NCBI GenBank assembly: GCA_028534125.1
Contig: CM052816.1
Coordinates: 42,286,001 to 42,350,000 of the forward strand
Length of the DNA stretch: 64,000 bases
Origin: Lama glama
Taxonomy: Eukaryota
Direction: 5' to 3'
Positions within the stretch are counted from its first letter, which is position 1, and every line of letters begins with the position of its first letter. A program made the translations under genes and the position numbers. Shown one piece after another: positions 37,759 through 47,894 of this stretch. The notes under the pieces are model-generated. The model was given only the letters and a program-made list of their open reading frames with translations. It did no database searches and was not told where the DNA came from.

Positions 37759-37916
37759 GTCTAAGGTAACTTTTCTTAAACCCAACTGAATGTGATTATG
37801 AGCAGCTAATTTCCATTTACATTACATGCATTCAGGAGATACCTAACGCTGAAATTCCTTGTCTTTTTTATGCCCCTCTGTTTTTTCCAAACATTGGTTG
37901 TTACACATAGACTAAC

Positions 37917-38387
37917 TATAGTCGATTAAAGTTAACTGCAATGTCTTTGTCACTTCCCCTACTGAGAAGTGAAGTCGATTTGTTCACCCCCTTGAATGTA
38001 AGTTGGGCTTATGACTGCTTTGACCAATAGAATATAGGGAACGTGAAGCTATGCCAATTTCAGGTCTAGCCTTTAAGAGGGCTGGCACCCTCCATGTCCT
38101 GCTTCTTGAAACCCACCTACTATGCTACACACAAGCCTAAGCAAGGAGAAGTTCAGGAGGCCTCATGGAGAATCAAGGCCCCCGTCGACAGTCTGAGCTG
38201 AGCTGGTAGCCAGCATCACGACTATCTAAGTATGCCATCTTGGGTGCTCTGGCCCAGTTGAGATCCAAAGTAGCTGCAGCCCCAGATGACTTCATGTGAA
38301 GTAGAAGCACTCAGCTGAACCCAGTCAGCCCAGAGAATCAGGAGATACAATAAAAGGGTTGTTGTGTTAAGCCACCAAGTTTAGGGG
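37917..38387 (+). mobile_element. MLT1G/H-like MaLR LTR
   Basis: 'tgactgctttgaccaatagaatat...gcctttaagagggctggca...caataaaagggttgttgtgttaagccaccaagtttagggg'. Confidence 0.85.
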
Positions 38388-38429
38388 AAGACAAAAGTTA
38401 AGAAGCAAAAAAGAATCAAAACATTCTCT

Positions 38430-38892
38430 GAAATAATGCCATTTGCAGCAACATGGATGGACCTAGAGATTATCATACTGAGTGAACTTAAGTCTGAAAG
38501 AGAAAGACAAATATCATAAGCTATCACTTACATGTGGAATCTAAAAAATAAAAAAAAATGATACAAATTCTATTTACAAACCAAAAACAGACTCATGACA
38601 TAGAAAATAAAGTATGATTACCAAAGGGGAAAGGGTGTGGAGGGATAAATTAGGGGCTGGGGATTAACAGACACATGTTACTATATATAACATAGATAAA
38701 CAACAAGGACCACTGTATAGCACAGGGAACTACATTCAATTTCTTGCAATAACATATAATGGAAAAGAATCTGAAAAGAAAGAAAAAAATGTATGTATGT
38801 GTATGTGTAACTGAGTCACTTTGCTGTACACCTGAAAACAACAATGTAAATCAACTACACTTCAATAAAAGCTTTTTAAATAATTTTTTTTA
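38430..38892 (+). mobile_element. 5'-truncated cetartiodactyl L1 3' end with long TSD
   Basis: 'gaaataatgccatttgcagcaacatggatggacctagagattatc' through the poly(A) tail; TSD aaaaaagaatcaaaacattctct at 38407-38429 and 38893-38915. Confidence 0.92.
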
Positions 38893-39574
38893 AAAAAAGA
38901 ATCAAAACATTCTCTTTTATTGTCTTTGGCTCAAACAGATTCCTATGGTTCCTAATAACACCCTTTTCCTAATATTTCCCTCTCCTCTCCTTCAGCTTCC
39001 CTACAATAATAATCTTAAGTAGCTTTTCCATCCTCAACTCTGAAAGCTTGCAGTAATTCCTCTACTGACTATCCCATAGGTTTCAAGTTGAGATCTAAGT
39101 CTTTTATCTCCTATATCTGTAACTGTTAAGGAGAAAGAAAAAAAACTGGAAGCAGGAAATTTATAGTCTCATCAGAGGATTTCAATAAAGTTTAAGGAAG
39201 GAGTCAGACTTTGTAACCTAAATACAAATTTTCTTTCCACATTCACCCTCAAATGTAGTAGCCAAACAAGAATAGAACCTGGTTATCAAAAACCTTAAAG
39301 CTGCAAAAGTATTATCCTAGTTTTGTATTTCTTATTGAAAAAGAGACATTTGCAAAATGAAAGAAAACTAAAATTAAGTGGTCATATCTATTAACTGATG
39401 GCTAAAGACAGCTTTGGCTGACTGACTTTCATGGATACTTAACAAAATTTAGAAATCAATTATTTAAAGCTGAGAATCAAAAGCTAAACACTCAAAGTGT
39501 AAGTACACGCCCAGTAGTTATAAATAGCAAAGGATTCATCTTGCAAACATTTAACACCCCCAAAATGATACTGG

Positions 39575-39690
39575 GCAATAAGCTGTTAGATGGTGAGGAG
39601 TATATCTTTAACACTCTATCCTCAGAATCCAACAAAGTGTTTGGTATATAGGAAGTGTTCAGTATGACACTGGACATATGAATGAATAGA
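39575..39690 (+). mobile_element. L2 3' terminus
   Basis: 'ctctatcctcagaatccaacaaagtgtttggtatataggaagtgttcag...tgaatgaat'. Confidence 0.65.
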
Positions 39691-40584
39691 AAGTCATGGT
39701 GAAGGAAGAAGAAAAAGAGACTAAAATGAACAGGAAGGAGTAGTAAGCAAGATTTCAAATAAAAATCCGTCCTGGAAGAGGCCACTGAATTTTTCAAAGG
39801 TGTTTTCTCAACTAGAGTTCTAATACATAAGCATCTGGGATATAAACCTTGGTCAGCACACGTAGAGAGCAGCAGCTGAACAGGCCCTGCAGCTTTGAGC
39901 TCCCCAAGGCAAGTCAGGCCTGGGCAGAGAAGAAACAAGACTTTCAGCACCTTAAAAGGACTTGAAGAAATGGAAGATCTCACACGCCTTCCTGGCTAGT
40001 CCTTCACATTTTTAAGAAAAGGTAATCGGTAGTCATGTCATAATTTATAAGAGGGGTCACCTGGATTTAAGAGAAAGTCACTTCCATATGTACAGAAACC
40101 TCTCTCTACCCAGAACTTTTAATATACAAAAACTCTTGATGATAAAACTTTCAAACATTAAGATTTCCACTAAAAGGGACAAATTTTTACTTAGGACAAA
40201 AGTTATATGCTAACAGTCACAGATAATGTTTGCTGGCCATTAAGACACCTAATTATGTTTTATTGTTTTAATTTCTTTTCACTATTTTATTTTCTGTAAG
40301 TATAACATTTAAGTCATTGTTCTTTTTTTTTTTACTATAATCTTTCAGAGGCCATTCTTTTAGGTATATGTATATAAATAAGCAGCTCCCTAAGTGGTTG
40401 ATCACCTACTTATTTTGTAATACTTTCTGAAATACAAATGAGTATAATAAATCTACCAATAGGTAAAAATTAAACAATAATACTTCAACAAGTTAACATC
40501 AGAATCTGTTTCACCACATCATTCATATCAGGGCCCTACAAACACTTTTGGTTATGTGTATTTGCCTAGTTTTACAATACATAA

Positions 40585-41460
40585 AATCATAGAGTCAAAT
40601 TTTGGAGCTGTAAGGAAACTTGTTTTACTAGCCAGTTCAAATTTTCATTTCACATATAGAAAAGTCTGAGGTTTACTGAATTGAAGTAACTTAACCTTGT
40701 TAGAGTAAGTGGTTACCAAAGCAGTACTGCGGATGGATAGATTCATCCCTTCAATAATCATGCATTGAGTAGGCAGCTGGGGACCAGGCATTCTCCCCTA
40801 CACAAGCGGATACAAGGATGAAGAAGTCGTGTCCCACACTCAAGGCACTCTCTCTAGGAACAGGCCTTCAGTGAAACTGAAAGATGTAATTCTGGTCACA
40901 GCTTCTGTGAGAAAAGTTAAGTGGTATCACCAACAAGAGAGCAAATTCAACTGGGTCAAGGATTCGATTGGGGAGATTGCTTAGAGGTTTCTCATAGAAG
41001 ATTTTAGCCAGATGTTAAAAGTACATACCCGTGAGACAATATCTCCAACACAGTGGAGCTTAAGTTAATCCATCTAGCCCATTTCATAGGTCAGACAAGA
41101 AGTAAAGAGTGTTTGCGCAGAGTTATTGCTTATATAAGAAAGATCATGCATATGGTTGAGTCATGTGGGGATGAAAATTGAGTCACTCTGTTATTACGTC
41201 CTCTCATACATATTGTCTAGGTACCCATCCGATTATTTCTTATCATATTCATTGAATTATATTATTTGCTTTTACAGTAATTTATCTTTAAGTCATCATC
41301 ATATCTTTATGTTGGAGATGGGGAAAGAAAATCATCACGTTCCTTATTGAAACTCAGATATTGTCATGTTGACCCATATTCCCAAGAGTCTCGCAAGGAA
41401 GTCAGCAGCATCAGAGTATTAACTTCAGGGTTTGTACTTAATCCACTGAATCATACAGTC
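40585..41460 (-). mobile_element. Cluster of degraded MIR and L2 fragments
   Basis: MIR-like 'cattttcacatatagaaaagtctgagg', L2-like 'ttcaataatcatgcattgagtaggcagctggggaccaggca', MIR-like 41055-41200 and 41300-41460. Confidence 0.5.
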
Positions 41461-42769
41461 ACTTGTAAACGGGTCTTCTTTTGGATACCTGAATGGATAA
41501 GATTAGGTAATAACACAGTAAGAGCCAATTAGTACGTGCCTCAGGAAGGTGTTCTGGACGTGCTTCATTTTGAAAGAGGAATGAGAGGTTGCCAAATCTC
41601 ACACAAGTCATGTTTGTTCCTGTACTTGAGCTGAATAATACAAAATTTTCTTGATTAAATTTTTAAATATTTTCCCAGCTGCAACTCTACCACCTCTCTT
41701 TCCACATCGATGTATTGAAGAATATACACTTGAAAGCCTGCTTTGGGCTTCAGAAGAAAATAAATTCAATGACAAGTAAGAGCTGGAAGTGCCAACCTAG
41801 TATAATTCAGCAGTCACAGGTTTCAAAGTCTGATAAGAACCTCAAATTCCCACGCTCTGCTCAGACAGAAATATTATCTCTGCTTAATCTGGGTTTTATG
41901 TTATATCTATAAAACCTAGAGTAAAGTGATCTGGCAATTTTATGCTCAATTTAGTCAGTGTAAACAAAAAAAGTGTGCAATTCAAGTTTCAAAACAGAAT
42001 AAGATATAGCCAATTGGGGTGCTCTCACTGACCAAATTAACTAGATTATTGCAAAATCAATCCCCTTTGTTCATTGTGGATATTCCCCTAAGCATGGGAA
42101 TTTATGAGATGTACTTGTAGCCACAAGAGATTGAAACATTTAATTTAATTGCTCAAATGGTCAAAATTTGAATGTATACCCCCCAAAATATTCAGCTTGC
42201 AAACTGGCCTGATGTCCATGTCAAACACTCTTTGTACTCAGCCTCCTAGCACGAGTGCACATGGACCTCTGGACCCTGTCACCATATGGCCAACACCACC
42301 TGCCTCTGTCATAGGGCTTTAGGAGAACAGGGCTCATCTAACACAAGCCACCATCTCCATAAATAACTCAAACTCATCTTCACAAACTGTAGGGCTTCTC
42401 AGAAGCATACAGAACAAAATCAACGATTGCAATTTTGCATAGGATTTTCAATAGCAAAACTGTACTTAGCAATAGAAATATGGGCTTTACCAAGATCAAA
42501 CATTTTAAAGAATATTTGGTTAGGTGAACTGGAATGTGGTGTGGGTAGTTCCTGCTGCTTCTTCAGGTAAAAATCAATTATGCCTTAGTGACATGGAAAT
42601 GAGTAAAGAGCACTACTCTTCCCAATTCTGCATTGATCAAATCACCTTTCTGAAATCTGAGCTTTCTGCTGGTGGCCGCACAAAGAGTCCCTATTGTAAG
42701 AATGTCTATGCTGCTTATCATTTGTGTGGAGAGTGGATCTAACTGGAGAATCCCAATCATTTTTATGCA

Positions 42770-42930
42770 GTAATGGAGGTTCAGTTGCTAGATCTCCAAC
42801 CTTCTCAAGAGTAGCCAGAAATTCAAACTTTAGTTGTCAATTTCTCTTATTTGTTTTAACATCAAGAAACCAAATAAAACAGGCCTATATACTTAGTTTG
42901 GCCCATTGACCACTGGTTTAAGATGCCTTA
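42770..42930. mobile_element. hAT-Charlie (MER103-like) fragment
   Basis: 'ttgctagatctccaaccttctcaagagtagccagaaattc...ccaaataaaaca...tttggcccattgaccactggttt'. Confidence 0.5.
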
Positions 42931-43284
42931 TATACACAGAGATTTTCATTCACTTTATCATGAATGCACTGAATATACATTTATCTGACCAATTCTTATA
43001 TATTTATGATTATCCCTATATTAGCTTAATTCTACACAATTCTCTTGAGTAAACTGGCTACAGTCTTGTGTTAACTAACTAGGATCCAGCTATGAATAGG
43101 TTAACATTTCTGACACCAAAGAAACACTGTCTAATGGTAGAGAAAAATCAGGATATAATTGGGGTGTGTGTAATAGAGAAGTGTACTCAGCATAAACAAG
43201 GCGTGAATGTTGGGGGTCAATGATGGTAGATGAGGTTGGGAAGACCAACTAGCAAAGGCCTTATACATCATGATGTGAATTCCA

Positions 43285-43540
43285 GTAGCTACCACTTACT
43301 GAACACATCAAGAGCACCAAACCCTGTGCTTGCCTTGTGCGTACATCACCACCAATTTAATTCTCACACCAACCATGAGAAAAAGATTATTATTATCTCT
43401 ATTTTATAGATGAGGAAACTGAAGCTTAGAAATGTTAAGTAAACTGTCCAAGAGCATGACTGTGTATGGCAGTCAGAATCTGGGCTCACAACATCTGTCT
43501 GACTCCAAAACCTGTGTTTTCATCCACTATGATATTGCTA
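43285..43540 (-). mobile_element. MIR SINE, near full length
   Basis: 'ttattatctctattttatagatgaggaaactgaagcttagaaatgttaagtaaactgtccaag...tctgtctgactccaaaacctgtg'. Confidence 0.9.
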
Positions 43541-44484
43541 AGGAATTTGGATTTCAGCCTATAAGTAATGGAAAACAAATGAAGAATCTTATTTCTGTTC
43601 TGTTCTTATAACATTCTGTGAGCTAAATAATGGAAAGTATGATTATTGTTTTAATATCTGGAGAAATCAAGCAAGGTTAAGAAATTTAAAGCAAGGGAAA
43701 TAATGGGCTCCTAACACCCAAATAGCTCAATTTCTAGCCCAGGACTCATGCTGGTTTTACATGGTTGGCAAATGTTACTTTCCAAACACTTGGTATGCTT
43801 TCAACAATCATACTTCTTCAAATTCAGAAATTCCACGAGCACGTCCCAGTTAAATCCTCTTCCCAGCAGAACCTTAGCTTCTTCTAGCCAAGTCATTCCT
43901 TATTTGTGATGAAATTTGTGAGGAATACAAAATAAGTACTGTGACACTGAAAGACAGAAGTCACCAACTTCCTCTCCTTCCACCCCCACCCTCCACCCAA
44001 CTGTGTATGCAGGTACTACAAATTCCATTTGAATGTCAGCAATGAAATACTAGTATACTAAGGGGTTTTTTTTTGTATATTAGTAACTCATTAATAACAT
44101 TCTTTGCATTGACTTAAAATTGCTGTAAAGCATGTAAGCAATCAAATCCCCAGGTTACAGCCACATTTTCTACATGTCTATTTGTTTATACACATCTGAA
44201 GATTTGTCTCCATCAAGTTGCTCTTCAAAAATTTAACACCACTTCTATTGTCCAAGTGAAGGCTAATAATTAGAAGATCACTTATTTATAACAGTGATAA
44301 AACATAGCTGGACCTACAATTTGACCAAAAACTTTCTCTGCTCACAGAAAACAGTTGCACAGATGAAACTACATTCTGGTCACTTTTGTTCCCTAGAAAT
44401 GTCACACAGGTGGATAATATAATCTTAATGTTTTCCAGAATGAAAAACATGGTAACTTTCTCCATAAAAGATAAAGAGAACAGC

Positions 44485-44735
44485 AATCACTTACTGAGCA
44501 GTTATAAATATAACAAAGATCCTTGAGAAAGGATAATACACCAACTTTTTCGGAGGAGGAATTAAGGCTTGGAGAGGTAAAAGAATTTTTCAAAGATCAA
44601 ACAACTGGTTAGAGAAAATCTAGGAATTGAACCCAGAAAAAAAATCTGATTCCTAAGCCCAAACAACTTATAAGTGGAAATCTAGCAGTTGAACCCAGAA
44701 AAATCTGATTCCTAAGCAGACATGCTTAACCACTA
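44485..44735 (-). mobile_element. MIR SINE with an internal ~60-bp tandem duplication
   Basis: MIR core 'ggaggaggaattaaggcttggagaggtaaaagaatttttcaaagatc'; duplicated unit at 44598-44659 and 44660-44718. Confidence 0.75.
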
Positions 44736-46002
44736 AGAAGTTTTAGACAATAGAGGAAGAAATAAGAAAGAATGGAAGTGATACAAAGAAGCCCAAAGTT
44801 TATCTGAGAGCTTACATACCACAATCTCAGGAAACAAGTGTAAAATGTATATATGACAAAAGACAGAGCAAAATATAAAGACAAATTATAGAATGGAGAT
44901 AATATTTGCAAAATCTGTGGCAAACAGCAAACAAGGGATAGAAAGGAACTTCCTCAAATTAATAAAGAACATCTATAAAAGACCTACAACCATTATACTT
45001 ACTGAGAAGAAGCTGGTTGATTTCTCCCTTAGATCCGCAGCAAGGATGCCTCCTCTCACTACTCCTAGTGCAGTAAGAAAAAAAAAAAGAGACCATCAAA
45101 AACAAACAAAAATGTTTGGAAATAAAAACTGTGTGTATTTGCACATACACGAGAGAAGACCAGAAATTCTGTTAGAAGTAATAATACCAAGTGGTTACAG
45201 TAGTTGTAAAATTGAAGGATTATGGGCAGTTTTGTTTGCTTTGTTTTCTACCTCGGCTTTAATAAGCTTATTTTTTCATAATTAAAGATAAAAATTACAA
45301 CATATGTTGAAATATAGACAATGCTTTTGATGTGATCTTAACTAAAATATGCATGTTTTATACAATTTTAAGGTTGTAAAAATATGAAAAATAAATAAAA
45401 GATATTGTAAATAACTTAAAACCCTGAAAGCAAGGATAATTTAATTCACTTTAATCTTGTTTGAAGTCATCTATTAAAACAGAAATTACCATTGATGAAC
45501 ACATAATTTTCAGACTTTAAGATTTTGTCATAAATAGAAATTTAGTAACAATAAAAAAAAAAGCTGTGTATTTGCAGGTAACATGATTTGACTATGTAGA
45601 AAGTCCAAAGGAATCAACAGCAGCAACAACAAAAAGCTCCTGGAACTAATCAGCGAGCATGGCAAGGTCACAGGATTATCAGGTTAATACACAAAAAATC
45701 CATTTCTTTCCTATGAAGCAGTAGTGGACAGGTGGAATTTGAGATTTAAAAAACAATATATTTTATAATAGCACCAAAATATAAAATAAAAGTCATGTAA
45801 ATGTAAAAAATCTATACATGGAAAACTACAAAACTCTGATGAAGGAAATTTTTTTTAAATCTAAGTAAATGGAGAAATACTCTGTTCATATATTGAAACA
45901 CCCAGTATTGTTAAGATGTCAATTCTTCCCAACTTGTCTATGACTTTAATGCAATTCCTAACACCAAGCAAGCTATTTCACAGATATTGAAAAACTGATT
46001 CC

Positions 46003-46340
46003 GATGGACTTAGAGATTATCATACTAAGTGAAGTAAGTCAGAGAAAGACAAATATCATATAATATCACTTATATGTAGAATCTAAAAAAAAAATGATAC
46101 AAATGAACTTATTTACAAAACAGAAGTAATCTCACAGACAGAAAATTTACAGTTACCGAAGGGGAAGGAGGAGGAGAGAGAAATTAGGAGTTTGGGATAT
46201 ATATATATATATATATATATAGCAGATAACCAACAAAGGCCTACTGTATAGAACAGAGAATTATATTCAATATCTTGTAATAACCTATAATCGAAAATAA
46301 TCTAAAAAAAGAATAGATTTATATATACATAAATAACTGA
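46003..46340 (+). mobile_element. Cetartiodactyl L1 3' fragment inserted in the L1MC3, lacking its tail
   Basis: 'gatggacttagagattatcatactaagtgaagtaagtcaga...ctactgtatagaacagagaattatattcaatatcttgtaataacc'; same family as 38430-38892. Confidence 0.85.
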
Positions 46341-47354
46341 TAAAAAAGTACGTAAGAAAAAGCAAAAGACCTAGAATTGCCAACACAATACTAAATAAAA
46401 AGAACAAAGTTATTTGGGACCCAAACTACCCAATCTCAAGCTTTAATACAAAGCTACAGTAATCAAGATAGTGTGGTACTGGCAAAATAATAGACAATGG
46501 ACAGAACAGAGAGTGAAGAAATACATCCACACAAATAACAAATATAACCATCAAATCTCTGATAAATGAGCAAAGACAATTTAATTTTAAAAGGATATTC
46601 TTTCCAACAAACGATGCAGTAACAGCTAGCTGTTCATACGTTAAAAAAAAAAAAAATTAAAAACACCTGAGTTGCCGGCCTTACGGCTTTCACAATAGTT
46701 AACTTAAAATAGATCACAGACCTAAATGTAAATTTCAAAACTATAAAACTTCTAGAAGACATAGGAAAATATCTGTGTTTAAGGATGAATTTTATTCCTG
46801 ACACTAAAAGTACAACTCATAAAGGAAGAAACGGATAAGGTGGACTTTATTAAAATTTAAATCTCTGCTCTGCAAAGATAGTTGAGAATGAAAAGACAAG
46901 CTACAGACTGGGAGAAAATATTTGCAAAATACATAACTAATAAAGGACTTACATCCCAAATATACAAAGAACACTTAAAAACCAACAATAGGAAAACAAA
47001 CAGCCCAACTAAAATATGGGCAAAAGATGTGACCAGACGTCTTACCAAAGATAGCAAATAAATGAAAAGACGCTCAATATCATTTGTCATTAGGGAACTG
47101 CAAATTAAAACAGAAATGAGATACTTCCACATACCTACTAGAACGGTTAAAATGCCCAAAAAAAAAAAAAAAAAAACGAAACAAACAAAAACAACCGCGC
47201 TAAGCAATCCGCGGCAGCTCGAAAAATGGCGGAATCAAGACCCGGAGCCCTGCTGCCTTCACCATGCTTCCTAGAGGAAGCCAGATCTCGCAGGATCTCA
47301 GGCTTTCCTACCTCGGCTCCGAGAGTTCCGCGATGAGAAACACCTGCGTGCTGC

Positions 47355-47654
47355 CCGCTCTCCACCTTAACGCTTGGCAACCCACTGATCCTTATTACTG
47401 TGTCCATAATTTTGTCTTCTCTAGAATGTATCGTTGGAATAATAAAGTGTGCAACATTTTCAGATAGCTTTTTTCAGTTACTAATAAGCATTTACGTTTC
47501 CCTGCTTGTCTCCTCACAGCTCTGTAGCTCATTTCTTTTTTCGCTGAATAACATTCCATTGCCTGGATGTACCCTACATAGGATCTTTTTACATACTGAC
47601 ATCTCAGGTGCTTCCCATGTTTGGACAGTTATAAATAAATCTGCTGTATACATT
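47355..47654 (-). mobile_element. Antisense L1MC-like 3' fragment inside the composite insert
   Basis: 'ttggcaacccactgatccttattactgtgtccataattttgtcttctctagaatg...tagctcatttcttttttcgctgaataacattccattgcctggatgtacc'. Confidence 0.85.
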
Positions 47655-47825
47655 AAAAAAAAAAATCCCCCGACTGGAAATACGAATTGCTGATTAGGAT
47701 ACAAAGGAACAGGAACTCTCATTCTTGCTGGTGATTACAGCTACTCTAGAAAACACTTTGGCAACTTCTTACAAGGCTAAACCTAGTTTTATCGTATGAT
47801 CCAATAATTGCTTTCCTAGGTATTT

Positions 47826-47894
47826 TTAAAAAAATATTTTTATTGAAGTATAGTCAGTTTATAATGTTGTGTCAATTTCTGGTGTACAGCACAA
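47826..47894 (-). mobile_element. Short L1 tail insertion with 15-bp TSD
   Basis: 'ttttattgaagtatagtcagtttataatgttgtgtcaatttctggtgtacagca' matches the reverse complement of the L1 end at ~37140-37195; TSD ct(t/c)tcctag(g/c)tattt at 47811-47825 and 47895-47909. Confidence 0.85.
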
